The notes: generated from the letters alone by a model not told the origin. Shown: positions 12,787-27,011, numbered from the stretch's first letter. The stretch is DNA of 64,000 nt from Rhynchobatus australiae (GCA_034780895.1 JAUZTB010000065.1:25590085-25654084), one strand, 5' to 3'. Made by a program: numbers and translations.

Positions 12787-13105
12787 TATAGATTCATGCA
12801 CCACAGAACCAGAACCTTCAGTCCACCAAGCACCCATATACACTCACCCCATTTTATTCTCCCCACATTCCCATCAACTCCTTTCAGATTCTACCACTCA
12901 CCTACATGCTAGAGGCAATTTACAGCAGCCAATTAATTTACCAATTTGGATGTCTTTGGGATGTGAGAAGAAACTGGATCACCCAGAGGAAACCCATTCA
13001 GTCACAGGGATAACGTGCAAACTCCACACAGAATGCACCCAAGGTCAGGATCAAACCTGGGTCACTGGAGCTGTGAGGCAGCAGCTGAGTTGCTGTGCCA
13101 TCTGT
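12787..13105 (-). mobile_element. V-SINE (HE1-like)
   Basis: Reverse V-domain tgggatgtgagaagaaactggatcacccagaggaaaccca, tgcaaactccacacaga, and reverse B-box caggatcaaacctggg. Confidence 0.8.
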
Positions 13106-14961
13106 CACAGGAGGATTGGAGACTGGCATTACAAAGGGAGGTGGAGGTAGGGGACTTAGGACCAGCATTTTACAAAGGGAAGAACTGCTGCTCTGGGAGG
13201 CATGATTGGATTTTAGGGAGTGATTGTGAAGTGGGAGGGTGAAGTGTGAAGGAGCAAGGAATATAGATGATAATAAGTCACTACATTACCTCACAAGTGT
13301 CCCTGTCCAGCACTGAGCTGAGAAGTCCATGTTGCCCTGAGAGTGGTCAAAGTCCAAGTTGACAGTTGTCCAGAAGGAGCATTACGCTAGAAATGATGTC
13401 ATCGTTCCTGGAAATCATATCAGATGCATGAGGGTGATTCACACTGGGAAGTGCTTGCTTCAACATCCACAGCTCTGCAAAACAACTGGAAAATGATCAT
13501 TGTTGCATTTCACTTTGGAGGCAGAAACATTTCAATTGCATAACACTGAATAAAACATTGTAATCCAATTGAATTTCTAGGCACTGAGAAATACTGTACA
13601 CAAGTAATTATCGAAATGTGACTAAAACGCAAGGTGTTACCCTGGACCACGAAGGACTTCTTCACATTTTAAGTAATGAGATAATCAATTTATAGAATAG
13701 TATCTTGGCTCGATCTGTCAGCATAATAATCTTCATAAAGGACAATCCAGCAGTTCAACAACAAGGTGCAACATTGATGAATACTTGCTGTAAAGCAATT
13801 TTTTGATCTTTTAATTTAATATGTATGTTTCATAACCAGTTGTTGTTGAAGTTTCAGTTTATTTATTACTACCAGTAATTATTGTATAATAGGGTGGAAT
13901 GTACTGATTTTGATCTGGTGGTTCAATAGATAACTGCCAGCTGGCTGCAGTGCTGGGTCTGTTCCTCCTGACTTCTGTGCCTATGTACTGCAATGCAGAA
14001 GTCTGAACCACTGAGTTCAGGACAGAGCATAAACAGGAACTGGACGTACATTATCCAAGGCCTATTGCCACTAGCAGACCACTGTAGTTGGCAGGATGTC
14101 TGCAACAGTGGGTCCTCCAGTGTGAATAGACTTGAAAGACCACAAGAAGTGCAGCCGGTGGAATAGCATGCTTGAAAGCAATAGACTGGCCAGATTGAGC
14201 ACTACTCAACCAATAATATCCTATTTTCTGGTGCATTTGTTGTCCATTATTCTGTCGAAGAGTGAATGGATGGAAGCCCCTTCTTATTAGTGGGCACCTG
14301 CAATTGAATCACACTGCAAATGCCAGAATCGATCTGTTTTCATTGGGGTTAATTAGAACACCTCACCTCCATGTGATAATCCATGATGCCACTCAGTCTA
14401 GCCACTAACAAAACTCACCCAGCTGAAGCAAATGAACCAGTTTGATAGACAAGTCAGATGTGATGATCTGACTTGTGCCCTAACAGTTTGAGGCTGGAAA
14501 AACACATAACTTAAAGTCACGATTGTAACAGTGTCTTTGAATGCATCAAATAAGTTAGTCTCCCTTAAAGGAAAGAAGATTTTTTTTTTAATATATTCTA
14601 CACAGTCTCTACGTTGAAAGCAATTTAACTGTCACAGTTTTGTCAGTNNNNNNNNNNNNNNNNNNNNNNNNNNNCTACTCTTCTGTGTAAAACTTGAAAT
14701 TTCTATAAATTCCCTATTAAAATACAGTTCCACATTTTGCAATTTGTGATCATTTGATGTACAAAGGGACTATTGTAAGATTGCAAGAATACAGCTATAT
14801 TCACTTGACTTGATACCAGGAGTTCCTGCCAAGACACTGGTTTGGGATTGTAAAATACTTTGTTAGATTTATTCAATGGCTGTGGATCCTTTATTGGTTA
14901 GATGGATGCCAGATGTTAGTAATCACCTTGAATATTACTCACTCTTTCACATGGAGAAAAA

Positions 14962-15301
14962 AGAACTTAAGAAATAGGTGTGCTTAGGCCATCCAACCCT
15001 TCAGTCAGCTCCACCATTCATTACGATCATGGCGGATCTATTTCAGCATCAATTTCTATCCCTCTTCCATTTCTTTTAATTCTCTCCTTGTCCAGAAAAT
15101 CTCTGTTTTGAATGAACACCACAACTGAGCCTTCACAGATTTCTGGGGTATAGAATTCCAAAGAATCATCACCTTGCTAGTGAGGAAATATTTCCCCAGC
15201 TCAATTCTGAATGGCTCACCGCTTAATCTGAAACTGTGCTCCTGCTCCCAGATTCCTCTACTAAGGGAAAGATCATCCCTACATCTAATCTGTCAAGCCC
15301 T
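14962..15301 (-). mobile_element. CR1 LINE 3' end (continues at 16733)
   Basis: aagaacttaagaaatagg...ccaccattca..gatcatgg tail; tggggtatagaattccaaagaatcatcacc is the reverse of the RV..LWNSL region. Confidence 0.75.
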
Positions 15302-15302
15302 G

Positions 15303-16041
15303 AATCAGAATCAGGTTTATTATCGCTGATGTATGTTGTGAAATTTGTTGTTTTGTGGTAGCAGTACAGTTTAAGATAGAAAGACAAAAATTACTATAAG
15401 TTACAAAAATAAATTAATAGCGCAAAAGCAGAATAATGAGGTAGAGTTCATGGGTTCACGGACTGTTTAGAAATCTGATGGCGGAGAGGAAGAAGCTGTT
15501 TCTGAAACCTTGAGTGTGGGTCTTCAGACTCCTGTATCTCTTCCCAATGGCAGAGAGCATATTCTGCATGGTGAGGGTTCTTAACGATGGATGCTGCCTT
15601 CTTGAGGTACCACCTCTTGAATATGTCCTTGATGGTAGGGAGGGTTGTGCCCATGATGGAGCTGGCTGAGTGTCCAACCCTCTGCAGCCTCTTTCAATCC
15701 ATTACCTTGGAGCCTCCATAGCAGGTAGAGATACAACCTGTCAGAATGCTCTCCACCATACTTCTGTAGAAATTTTCAAGCGTTTTTGGTGACATACCAA
15801 ATCTCCTCAAACTCAGGAGCTGCTTGTGTGCCTTCTTTATGATTGCATCAATATGCTGTGCCCAAGATAGATCCTCTGAGACGTTAACCGTGCTTGAAGC
15901 TGCTCACACTTTCCACTGCTGACCCCCCCCCCCCCAAGGAAGGCTGGTGTATGTTCTCCCAACTTCCCCTTCTTGAAGTCTATAATCAATTCCTTGGTCT
16001 TGCTGATGTTGAGTGCAAGGTTGTTGTTGTGACACCACTCG
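15303..16041 (-). mobile_element. Rex1/Babar-clade LINE 3' part, nested in CR1
   Basis: EWCHNNNLALNISKTKELIIDFKK, TTLPTIKDIF..KKAASIVKNPHH and RYRSLKTHTQGFRNSFFLSAIRFLN; tail aataaacctgattctgatt on the minus strand. Confidence 0.85.
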
Positions 16042-16732
16042 NNNNNNNNNNNNNNNNNNNNNNNNNNNNNNNNNNNNNNNNNNNNNNNNNNNNNNNNNNN
16101 NNNNNNNNNNNNNNNNNNNNNNNNNNNNNNNNNNNNNNNNNNNNNNNNNNNNNNNNNNNNNNNNNNNNNNNNNNNNNNNNNNNNNNNNNNNNNNNNNNNN
16201 NNNNNNNNNNNNNNNNNNNNNNNNNNNNNNNNNNNNNNNNNNNNNNNNNNNNNNNNNNNNNNNNNNNNNNNNNNNNNNNNNNNNNNNNNNNNNNNNNNNN
16301 NNNNNNNNNNNNNNNNNNNNNNNNNNNNNNNNNNNNNNNNNNNNNNNNNNNNNNNNNNNNNNNNNNNNNNNNNNNNNNNNNNNNNNNNNNNNNNNNNNNN
16401 NNNNNNNNNNNNNNNNNNNNNNNNNNNNNNNNNNNNNNNNNNNNNNNNNNNNNNNNNNNNNNNNNNNNNNNNNNNNNNNNNNNNNNNNNNNNNNNNNNNN
16501 NNNNNNNNNNNNNNNNNNNNNNNNNNNNNNNNNNNNNNNNNNNNNNNNNNNNNNNNNNNNNNNNNNNNNNNNNNNNNNNNNNNNNNNNNNNNNNNNNNNN
16601 NNNNNNNNNNNNNNNNNNNNNNNNNNNNNNNNNNNNNNNNNNNNNNNNNNNNNNNNNNNNNNNNNNNNNNNNNNNNNNNNNNNNNNNNNNNNNNNNNNNN
16701 NNNNNNNNNNNNNNNNNNNNNNNACGTTTTGA

Positions 16733-17300
16733 TCCTCACTTATTCTAAATTCTAGAGAATATAGTCCCAATCTTGTCAATCTTTCCTAATAAGGCAACCA
16801 ACCATGGCAACCATCTCCTACCATCCCTGGAGCAAATATAGTGAATTTTTGCTGCATTCCCTAAGTAGTAGGTAGATAGGGAGATCAAAACTGTTCACTA
16901 TACTCCGGCTGCAGTCTCAGCGAGGCACCAAAAATTACAATAAGACTTCCTAACCCCAGTTTTCAAATGCACTTGTAATTAAAGCTAACAAAACATGTGC
17001 TTTGAAATCACTTGTTTCACCCACAAGTTGGCCTTCAATGACTTATGTACAAGCATACGTAGTTCACTGCGAACATCCACACTACCAAATTTCTTACCGC
17101 TTTTCTATTACGTGCACCTCACATTTTTCCACATTATATTCCGCCTGCCGTATTCTCGCCACTCACTCAACTTGTTCATATCTCCTTGAAGTCTCTTTAC
17201 ATCCTCCTGCATACACACAATCCCACCTACTTCAGTATCATTAGCAGAATTGGAAATATGACCATTGGTATCCTCAGCCAAATCATTGATATAGATAGAA
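16733..17300 (-). mobile_element. CR1 LINE RT fragment
   Basis: FSIYINDLAEDTNGHISNSANDTEVGGIV..EDVKRLQGDMNKLSEW (degenerate FADD motif) and RLGLYSLEFR. Confidence 0.85.
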
Positions 17301-17362
17301 AAGATTTGGACAAGTAGTTGGGCTACAAAATGAAGGAAAAGCAAAAAATAAATTGACGACAT

Positions 17363-17568
17363 TTGGAATTGGAATTGGTTTATTATTGTCACTTGTACTG
17401 AGGTGCAGTAAAAAACTTGTCTTGCACCCTGTTCATACAGATCAATTCATTACACAGAGCATTGAGGTAGTACAGGGTAAAACAATACGGAATACAGAAT
17501 AAAGTGTCACAGCTACAGAGAAACTGCAGTGCAGGTAGACAATAAGGTGCAAGGTCACAACGAGGTAA
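17363..17568 (-). mobile_element. Rex1/Babar 3'UTR fragment
   Basis: ttggtttattattgtcacttgtac...aataaggtgcaaggtcacaac; same as 25944 and the reverse of 50820-51019. Confidence 0.8.
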
Positions 17569-20500
17569 GAAGATTTCAAAGAACAGTATTCGTAATCCTT
17601 AGAGACATAGAATTTAGATTTAAAAGAGTAGAACGATTATAATAGAAGTAATGAGTGGATCTGTAGAGAGCAGCTTGCAACGAGTTGCCATGGTCTGGTG
17701 CCATCTTGCATGTAGGACAATTTTGATGCACACAAGCTGATAAACATCTTGTTAAAATGCTCTAATAGAATGCCTTTTTTCTAGCTTATAGTAATCAATG
17801 GACCAAATGCCCTTTCATTTTATCAAAAAACAAACTTGGTGCAGCTAAGTAATGCAGCAGTTCGGCATGTAACATGCACACCTGTGGCAGATTAATCTGC
17901 TGCTGTGATTCACAGAAGAATAAATCCCCACCAATTGGTGGTAGGATAAATATTTCTTACATCCGTGCATCAGGTAGTGAGAATCAATTACTTGGAAAGC
18001 TAATTTTATTAACAAACACTGCTGTAAGGCAGCCTGTTTGTTTTATATTCCACTGTGCTAAAGGTCCTATATGTAAATTACTGATAAAGGAAAGACAAAA
18101 CAAAACCAGAGAACCAACCTGTGCTACTCCTGTGCATTTACTACCTGCCAGATACATATAAGCATAGATGAATTAATACACTGCCATGTGTAATGGTCAG
18201 CATGGATTCTCCAATTTGTAAATTTTTCATGAACTCTTAGTGAGAAAAGAAGAAATTAGAATGAAGAGGAGTAGCATCAAAAGATATAGTAAATTATTCT
18301 GTGGATTGGGAAGGAAAGAGAGCTGCGTTGAAGAGGGAACAAAATCATTTACAAATCAAATGAGGGAACTTTGCTCCCACTTTGGTCTGCATTCTGTATA
18401 TAATATCCTTGGTTATACTCAATGGCCTTACTTAGCAGGTGGCTGAAAATATTTTTTGACATTCAGTTATTTGATTCATGGAAATAAGAACTCTCACACA
18501 GAACTCTCACACATTTGAAGGTAACACTTGCAAGTTGCAACAGAACATCCAAAACTAAAATATTGTAAAGTGTATTAGGACAGGGTCTCTTGTTGGCAAG
18601 AGAAATGCAAATGTTAACCTTGATTTGTGAGCCAGGGAAGCTTTGTGTTGAGAGAGCTTGGCTAACATCAATTATACACTGTCCTTTGGGAATCCTGATA
18701 CCAAGAAAATGAGGATACCTGCAAGAGTAATATAGAACTCCTTATATTTCATAAAATATTGAGGTCACATTTTCAAAACTGACCTCTTCCATTTGCTTGA
18801 CACATCTGCGGGCAACCATTGATATGATTTGGCATAAAGCACCAATTGTGACTTAGGAAGGTTATTATGGTTAACGTATAGGAAGAGGCATGCCTGTGGT
18901 ACAAGTTCTTTTTGATTTGACCTCCAAGACCAGAATCCTTCTGAAGATAGGTAAAATGTTCCTGGTATCCTAAGAGGATGTTTAGACAAGGGCTGGTTAA
19001 GGATGGCTGTGAACTATGGATGGTATTACCGCTTTCATTATCAAACCTGCAGTTAAGTGAGGAAATTTAATGGTCACATTGGCTTGGATAGCAGCATCAC
19101 ATCATACTGCCACAGTAAACCTCCAGTGAAAACTTCCATGCAAGAAAGCCTTTTCCTTCTTGTTGCCTTTCTGTTGGGAGTTAAAATTGGCTCTTAGGTG
19201 ACAGTATCTATGCCGACAGCAACAAACTACAGTCAGAACCATAACAGCTTTCTCTTTAACAGATTAATATCACCAGGTCACAAGACTAGCTGTCCAAGGC
19301 CACCTGAGAGTTGACCCACAACTGCAAACCTTCACCTCAGTGTTTCTTTAATTTTGCTGCAGGAGGGACTGGTAGATAGTATCTGTGAATGACAGGAAAT
19401 AAAGAGGCCAAAGCTGACATTAAGAGGTTCATTTCTTGTAACAAGCAGGCCACTAAGTTGCTAAAGAGACAGTCCGCTCTAACTGTCAGAGATGATGAGA
19501 TCAGTGACACAGTGTTAACACCAAATTAGTTGGCACAGGCCTGCATGATGTCCGTAACATCCCTAAAAAAAATAGCATGTGTGGACAATTGTACATATTC
19601 CATAAACTGTACAGGGGTTATGCCCACTCATTTTTAGCTAAAAACCTCTTTCTGTAAAAGACGGAAGAGGTTGATGAGCAACAGCAGAAGTGTGAAATTG
19701 TCCTCATGGACAATAATTTATGAATGTTTAAGAATGGGCAAGTAATAAAGGAAAGAATGAGAAAGTCAAGCACTCCCTTAAGTCTCTGGTTCTGATCCTG
19801 GGTCACATTCATCACTCATAGCTCCCTTGCCTCAGTCTCTTCCATCGTACATTGTCTTGCTCACACATTCATACTGTGGTAACTCTCAATTTGGAAGTAT
19901 GAAGAAGTTTAGACTCTTCCACTTTGGCAGTGTTAGTGAGCGTGATCAGTCAGCATGCAAAGAAACTGGGAATGGCTCCAGACAGCCAAATTCCCAGCAG
20001 AAGTTGAAATCAAGTCAGCCCTCAACTTCTGAATTAAAAACCTATAGTATGTGTAGTACAGGTTACAAACAATAATTATTTATTTAAGGAGCATATTGTG
20101 ATGAACTGCTATCTCACTTGCAATAATGCATGTAGGAAATCCCAGAAGAAATCTGTGAAGAGCCTTTGAATAAACTACACACTCCNNNNNNNNNNNNACG
20201 TACACTCTACCATGGAATATGTTAGAGGTTAAGAACCTGTTTGGAGCACACAATCTTTATACTGGCAACAAGGGATAGCAGAAACTGTGGCCATCAAAAC
20301 TCATAAAGTCGCAAAGGTTATTGAGTGAGCCTGTGACTGGACTGACAGGGCGAGTCTGAGCGACTGATCCTTTTAAGTGACTGACACTAAATGGACATTC
20401 CCAAAGTACTGACTCCAACTGTTCAGAAAGTTGAGGGATTGTAAGATTTCATAAAATAAAAATGGTCCTGTTGCACCAGTCATGTCAAAAACTAAGAGAC

Positions 20501-20572
20501 CTGACAAGGTAAACTGCATGAATTCTCCTGCTCTGCAGAATTCATCATTACTGCACTACAGTCTACTTGATG

Positions 20573-21355
20573 CTTCAAGGGGATATAAACAAGCTGAGTG
20601 AGTGGGCAAGAACATGGTAGATGGAATATAATGTGGAAAAAGTGTGGAGCTATCCTCTGTGATGTACAAAGAAGAAAAGCGTAGTATTTGTTAAATGGTG
20701 AGAAACTGAGTTATGTTGATATTCAAAGAAACCTTGGTGTCCTTGTATACAGGTCACTGAAAGTCAACATACAGGTGAGTGAAATGGTATGTTTGCCTTC
20801 TTATGAGAGGATTTGAGTACAGGAGTAAAGATGTTATACTCCTAGTATATAGGGTCTTGATGAGACTGCACTAATATTGTGTGCAGTTTTGGTCTCCTTC
20901 TGTGCAGTTTATCATCTCCTCCAATGATAAACTTGCCGAAATGCTCAGATAGTGAAGATTCACTCGTCTGGCTCCAGGAGCAGCAGGTTTTCCATATGAG
21001 GGGAGACTGAAATATCAACGAAACCTATTTCAAAGGATGAGAAGAGATTTGACTGAAGCATGTAACGTACTTATAATTCTCCTCTTAGATCCCTAGAATA
21101 ACAGGGCTCGTTCAGGGAGAGTCATTCTCATGGNNNNNNNNNNAATCTGGAAAAAAAAGCCACAGTCTCAGAATATGGGGTAGGCCATTTAGGACTGAGG
21201 AGAGGAGAAATTTATTCTCTGCCTTGGAGGGTTGTCGATGCTCCGTCATTGACCTCATCCAAAACAAAGTTCAATAATTCAGCTACGATCTTGATGAATG
21301 GCGGAGCGCGCTCAAAGTGTCCAATGGCCTACTCCTGCTCCTATTTCTTATGTTT
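20573..21355 (+). mobile_element. CR1 LINE 3' portion, degraded
   Basis: Translates as LQGDINKLSEWARTW*MEYNVEK; also contains gtgcagttttggtctcc (VQFWS) and ends with the tail aatggcctactcctgctcctatttcttatg. Confidence 0.85.
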
Positions 21356-23803
21356 TTATATCCATATAAATCACCTGTGCCTACCTGGAAATGACCTTGC
21401 ACCATAAAAGCTGTTTGTATCTGTGGCCTACTCTAGCATGGAGAGAGTAGCAGATTGTGGCTCCATGTCTTCCTGTGATGGTTTCCACAGCTCCTCTGTT
21501 GCCTCTTCGATGAGGATGTTCATCATAAGACATACATTGTCTATATGCTCTTTGAGTTCATATATATTATAGAATGTGTTCTCAGATCCAGTCTCACTCT
21601 CCTTTCCTCCATCCTTTCTTTTCCATTCTTGTCTTCTTCCTGGGTACAAAAATAATCTAATGACAAATCCTCTCCTGGTTCTACAAAGCCTTCTTTGTGG
21701 TGAGAATGGTTTTAAATAATCCAGTGAACTCAGTCTTAAGGTATTTCTATGGTGGACTAAGCTCATAGTCATTCCTGGTGCAAAAACCATTAGCGGTCAC
21801 TATCCTCAAAACTTCATCACCTCTAATGATCCAAGCAAAAGTTGCCCCTCTCACTCGAACTTGCCCCGAGATCAATGTGAAATAAAGTCCAGGAATGCAG
21901 TTTCATTGTTTTAATATAGATTAATCAGGGTTGATGGGAAAGCATGTGAGAGCCAAATTGAGTTCAGAGATTTAAGTATTGCTTCATTGGTTTGAAAAAT
22001 TAGCAGAAACAGCTTTTGCTCCCATCTGCTGGCCAAAAGCAAGTTGTCTGGATTTTAGGCTTCATAATCCCTGAAAACCAGTGTGAAATTTAGGAGGCAA
22101 GGATTCTAAATGTTTGACTATTTGAATTATATATTACAATTCAGTGCTAAATTCACAGATTATGACCAGTTGGATCATACTGTTGTACATCTGTGAAATC
22201 CAGTCAATTTATTTGTTAAATGAAAACTGGAGCAAATAACTGTACGTCAATAACTGGAGAGGTCTTAAAAATACACATATGAAATGAATTCAGATTCAAG
22301 AGAAGCACTGCAGCATGTAATGCAGTTCCAGGTCCTCGTTTATCAAAGCTGTCATCAATTCACTGCAGAGCATGTTTGTCGCAGTAATATTCCTGGGGCA
22401 CTGGGGTTTCAGCAAGACAGGGAACACGCTACTGAGCAGGAATACTTAATACTGTGGTTGGACTGGTGCCATGCTGTGGTTACAAAGCACACTGCAGGAC
22501 AAACTGCTGCAATAAAGGGATATTTAGAAGCCCCCATGTGAGGCTCATGAAAAGCAATAACCTTGAGATCTATATATAAAATGAAAGTTACTGCTAAAGA
22601 GAATTTTGGAACAAAGCTTTAACTACAACCAGGAGATTGAGAGGTATTGTTCAGATTGAACCAGCTTCTTAACACAGTGGTAGGTTTAAGTTGCATTGGC
22701 ACATTGAAACCTACAGAAAAATAAAATGGACATGAGAGTATTTCCCTGACTGCGATAGATCATTAGTTTATACGATATAAAGATATAACTCCGTATTTTC
22801 TCTTGTTTGCTCTGGTCATATGAGAATATATAGAGTGATATCCACCTCTATTACCAGCAATCACTGAGGGCATAATAACAATTGTAATTTTTCAGCCCCA
22901 AACCTACTATGTGGCTTTACATAATTCATATATTTCCTTGGAATTGGGAATATATGCAATACTTTCTCTGTGCTAGATAGGGATGCATAATGAGCAGGGA
23001 TCATCATAGAGTGTACCTGCACCTGTGATGTGGCCATGCATAGNNNNNNNNNNNNNNNNNNNNNNNNNNNNNNNNNNNNNNNNNNNNNNNNNNNNNNNNN
23101 NNNNNNNNNNNNNNNNNNNNNNNNNNNNNNNNNNNNNNNNNNNTAGATTCTTTATACCCTCAATTATACAGCGGTAATATCCATTCATGCTGTTGACTCT
23201 GGAATGATAATCACTTCAGTAGTGCGTGACAAATCCAGCCAGATATAGGTGTTTCAAAATAATTTGCCACATCAAGTGGAAAATCAGTTTGATCTGCATT
23301 TTTTAAAATGATTTTCCTAAAGTTATTTTTACTGCCTCTGTTCCAACCCCTTCATACGATTAATAAAAAAGGCTATTATTGTTGAAACATACAGGCTGAA
23401 TCTGCATCTATAGACTTGGCTTAACCGTGGTGTTCATTTCTGGAGATAGCAATCAGTGTAATATCTCTCCATGTGCAATTGCACTGCATGTTGGGAAAGC
23501 ATCAATGTAACATCTGCTAAGGGTTGATTTAAATCAATGACCAATTGCATTGGCAGTGCTTCATTCACAGGAGGAAATTACCAACATGAATCTCACAGCA
23601 ATTATTTTATTATAAATAGAATATGCAAATAAGTCTTATTGCAATATATGGACAAATATTTGAACCAAAAACTGTGAACTGGTTGAAATTTGTGGTATTT
23701 ACAGCCATGAATAGAAGCCTCTTGTTGCACTCTTGAAAGGAAGGAACAAAATGGATGCTGTATTTCAACAAGAATAATTTGTATTTAGAGCCTTTAACAC
23801 AGC

Positions 23804-24510
23804 AGGATGTCCCAATGTGCCTTGCAGGTGCATTAGTGAACAACATTTGACAATGAGTCATGTGACTATGCAGAACAGGTTACCAAAAACTCAGACTAAG
23901 AGATGGGTTTGAAGGAGCAGCTTAAGTGAGGACAATGTGGCAGAGAAATGAAGAAATCTAGGAAAGGAATTTCTGTGCTAAAGGCCTGCACATCCAGAGC
24001 ACAACTGCNNNNNNNNNNNNNNNNNNNNNNNNNNNNNNNNNNNNNNNNNNNNNNNNNNNNNNNNNNNNNNNNNNGAGGATAATAGGGTTGGGGAAACTCA
24101 CAAAGATAAGGTGGAGGATTCAAAAGGAAGGGTGAGCACTGAAAACCTGAGGCATTACCAGACCAGGAGCCTAAAAAGGTCAAAGAGTGATGGCCACATG
24201 GGATTTTGTGGTGAGCTGAGAGAGTTTTGGATGATTAGACCATGGAATTCTGGAAGCTACTCAGTAACATATTGGAGTAGTCAAGTCTAGAGGTAGCAAT
24301 GAATGCCTCAGGAACGGGAGCTTAGGCAGGAAACAGGCAATGTTATGGAGGTGAAAGTAGGTGGCATTGGAGATGGGGCAGGTTCAGGGCAATTGCTGAT
24401 TCCTAGGTCAAATAGGACAGCAGTATTTTGAATAAACTTGTTCAGTATTAAAGGATGACCAATATGAGGAAGTAGCTAAGAAATGCAGCTTATGGCAGGA
24501 ATCTTAGGCA
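23804..24510 (-). mobile_element. L2-clade LINE 3' portion, degraded
   Basis: ggatgtcccaatgtgccttgcagg tail, gggtttgaaggagcagcttaa, and ttggagtagtcaagtctagagg (reverse SRLDYSN). Confidence 0.7.
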
Positions 24511-25019
24511 ATGGATACACATACATTAAGATTTTCGTGTGACAATTTATGCCCATTGAAAGCTCAGTACAGCACAATGGGGGATCTGGGGTGGTGGAAA
24601 CACATTACAAAGCAGTACTTCTGTTCAAGAAAGCAGATTCCTGAATTCATATTGATGCACACATAGTTTAACTTGGAAATATATATTTTCTAATTCAATA
24701 CACAGTCATGTGGAGAAAATGAAACTAAGTAAGGGAAAGGATGATGGGATTACAAGAGATATAAAGTGAAGGAGACATAAAAGAAAATGCTTTTTGAAAA
24801 CAAAATCTCCAATATTAGAATGTGCAGGAATGAGAAGCTATGTTGAAAATGTTATTTTTCAGTGTCAGAGATTATTTGGTAATAATTAAGATAAAATATA
24901 GTATTAAAAAGACACAATTGAATGGATAATCCTTATTTTTTCTCTTGTATATAATGAATATCAGATCTACATGCACAGCATGTAATAATAGATTGGTAAA
25001 GCTTCCACGTTTAAGTTAA

Positions 25020-25800
25020 AATGAAAAGATAGCAGAAGTAAAGGTGGGTCCCTTAAGGACTGAGATAGGAGGAATTGATAAAGCCATTAAGCAACTGATT
25101 TATTTTTAGCTTCACAGTAGAAGACACAAAGCCATACCAAAAAAAGAGCACAAACCAAAGATCTAATGAGAATGAAGAACTGAAAGAAATTATTAATTGT
25201 AAAGAAATAGTACTGCAGATATTAATGGGTCTAACTCTCACCCAATGATCAATGCCTCAAGGTTTTATAATGCTGCATAGATAGAAGTTGCATTGGTATT
25301 GATCTGCTAGAAGTCCATGGATCTTAGAATGATCCTTACAGCTTGGAAGGTAGCAAATGATGGTCCAATTCAAGCAAGGAGGAGGAGGGAAAGCAGAGAG
25401 CTATAAACCTTTTAAACTAATGTCAATAGCGCTAGAAACTATGTAAACAAAGCATTTGTTAAGAGGGAGCATAAGGATTTGATGTAAACTTTCATACAGC
25501 TTGCAATAAGATGCCATGTGAAAGGTTATTACACAAAATTAGGCCTCATATTATTAGAAGTAAAGGTATCAGCATAGATTGAGAATAATATAATTAACCG
25601 AAAACAGTAGAAATCAACAGGTCTGGCAGAGTGTAATTTATGGTACAGTAGGGATGTGTAATCCCTACAACGCGCTGATGTAGGAATGTAAACTGAAGCT
25701 GAATGTGGTGTGAATAACTGAATGACTGGAAAAGAAAATAGTATATGTTATATTGTGTGCAGAATGGAGAAGCCATCCAGTTTAGTAGGATAAATGTTAA
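25020..25800 (+). mobile_element. Highly degraded CR1 ORF2 fragments
   Basis: ttggaaggtagcaaatg (WKVAN), caagcaaggaggagg..gagctataaacc (KKG..NYRP-like), tgaaaggttattacacaaaattagg. Confidence 0.55.
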
Positions 25801-25943
25801 AACAGGCTAGTTAAATGTGTTCTAAAATGTATTAATTATATATTTTTAAAAATTATTTAAATGTACTTCCACTGTACCTAAATCTTCAGTGACTTGCAGA
25901 AACAGTGGAAAAGCCACTCGGACAGGGCAAAGGGTTCCTCAGT

Positions 25944-26334
25944 TTGGTATTGGTATTGGTTTATTATTGTTGCTTGTGCCAAGGTACAGTGAAAAACTTG
26001 TCTTGCATACCGATTGTACAGGTCCATTCATTACTAAGTGCAGTTACATTGAGTTAGTACAGAGTACATTGAGGTAGTTCAGATAAAAACAATAACAGTA
26101 CAGGGTAAAATATCACAGCTCTAGTGAAAGCGCAGTGCAATAAGGTGCAAGGTCACAACAAGGTGGATCATGAGGTCAGAGTCCATTGCATCATTTAAGG
26201 GAACTGTTCAATAGACTTATCAGTGGGGTAGAAGCTGTCCTTAAGCCTGGTGGTACGTGCCCTCAGACTCCTATTATCTCCTACCTGATGGAAGATGAGA
26301 GAAGAGAGAATGTCCTGGGTGGGTGGGGTCTTTG
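25944..26334 (-). mobile_element. Rex1/Babar 3' end
   Basis: (attggt)n tail, and gaagctgtccttaagcctggtggtacgtgccctcag (reverse LRARTTRLKDSF). Confidence 0.85.
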
Positions 26335-27011
26335 GTAACCTTCCTGAGCTGACTTGTTGATCAAGGAGCAAGCTTCACTTTGTGGAATGGCTGGAGCAGT
26401 GAGGCCAAGAGGGTATTGGGGGCTGTGTGGCTACAAAGGGTAAATGTCATTGCAGGGATTCCATGGGAGGCAAACATGATGTGCAGGCTGGGTTGGGAAC
26501 AATCTAGCTCAAAGTTGCTGTGGGCAACCTGCAGATGGGAAATGGGAGGGGGCAGGCGAAGATCCTCAGACCTTGGAAAATAGCATTGATATCACTGTGG
26601 GTGGAGGAAGAGAAGTTAGTGTAGTTAATTCTTCAGTTGTGTCTGGACAGAAAAAGGAGTCAGATGAGTGCAGACAATTACACAGATGCTGGAATGACTG
26701 GAGAGATGCTGTGGCTGACCTTGAAAATGAAATCTGGGAGAGATAAAGATCTTTATGAGCATTTCATGGACAGATGGGCTAAAAGTGGGGGTAGTCAAAG
26801 TCACTGAGATTATGCAGACTGTCTTTATGATGAAGCAGTTAGAGTTAAAACGCTTAAGGTCAATTGGAATGCTGTTTACAAGCAACATCTCAGCCTGGGG
26901 CAGTGAGGGAATAAAATTGTTAACATGGGAACAAAAGGAGATTAAACATTACATTGATTTCCCTTCATGCTTTGAACTTCACTTCTGAACTTTGGTTCCA
27001 TTGACTTCATT

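Noticed and set aside
21428-21790. 120-aa minus-strand ORF without Ns
   Set aside because: No recognisable domain or convincing splice sites; this length is expected occasionally by chance.
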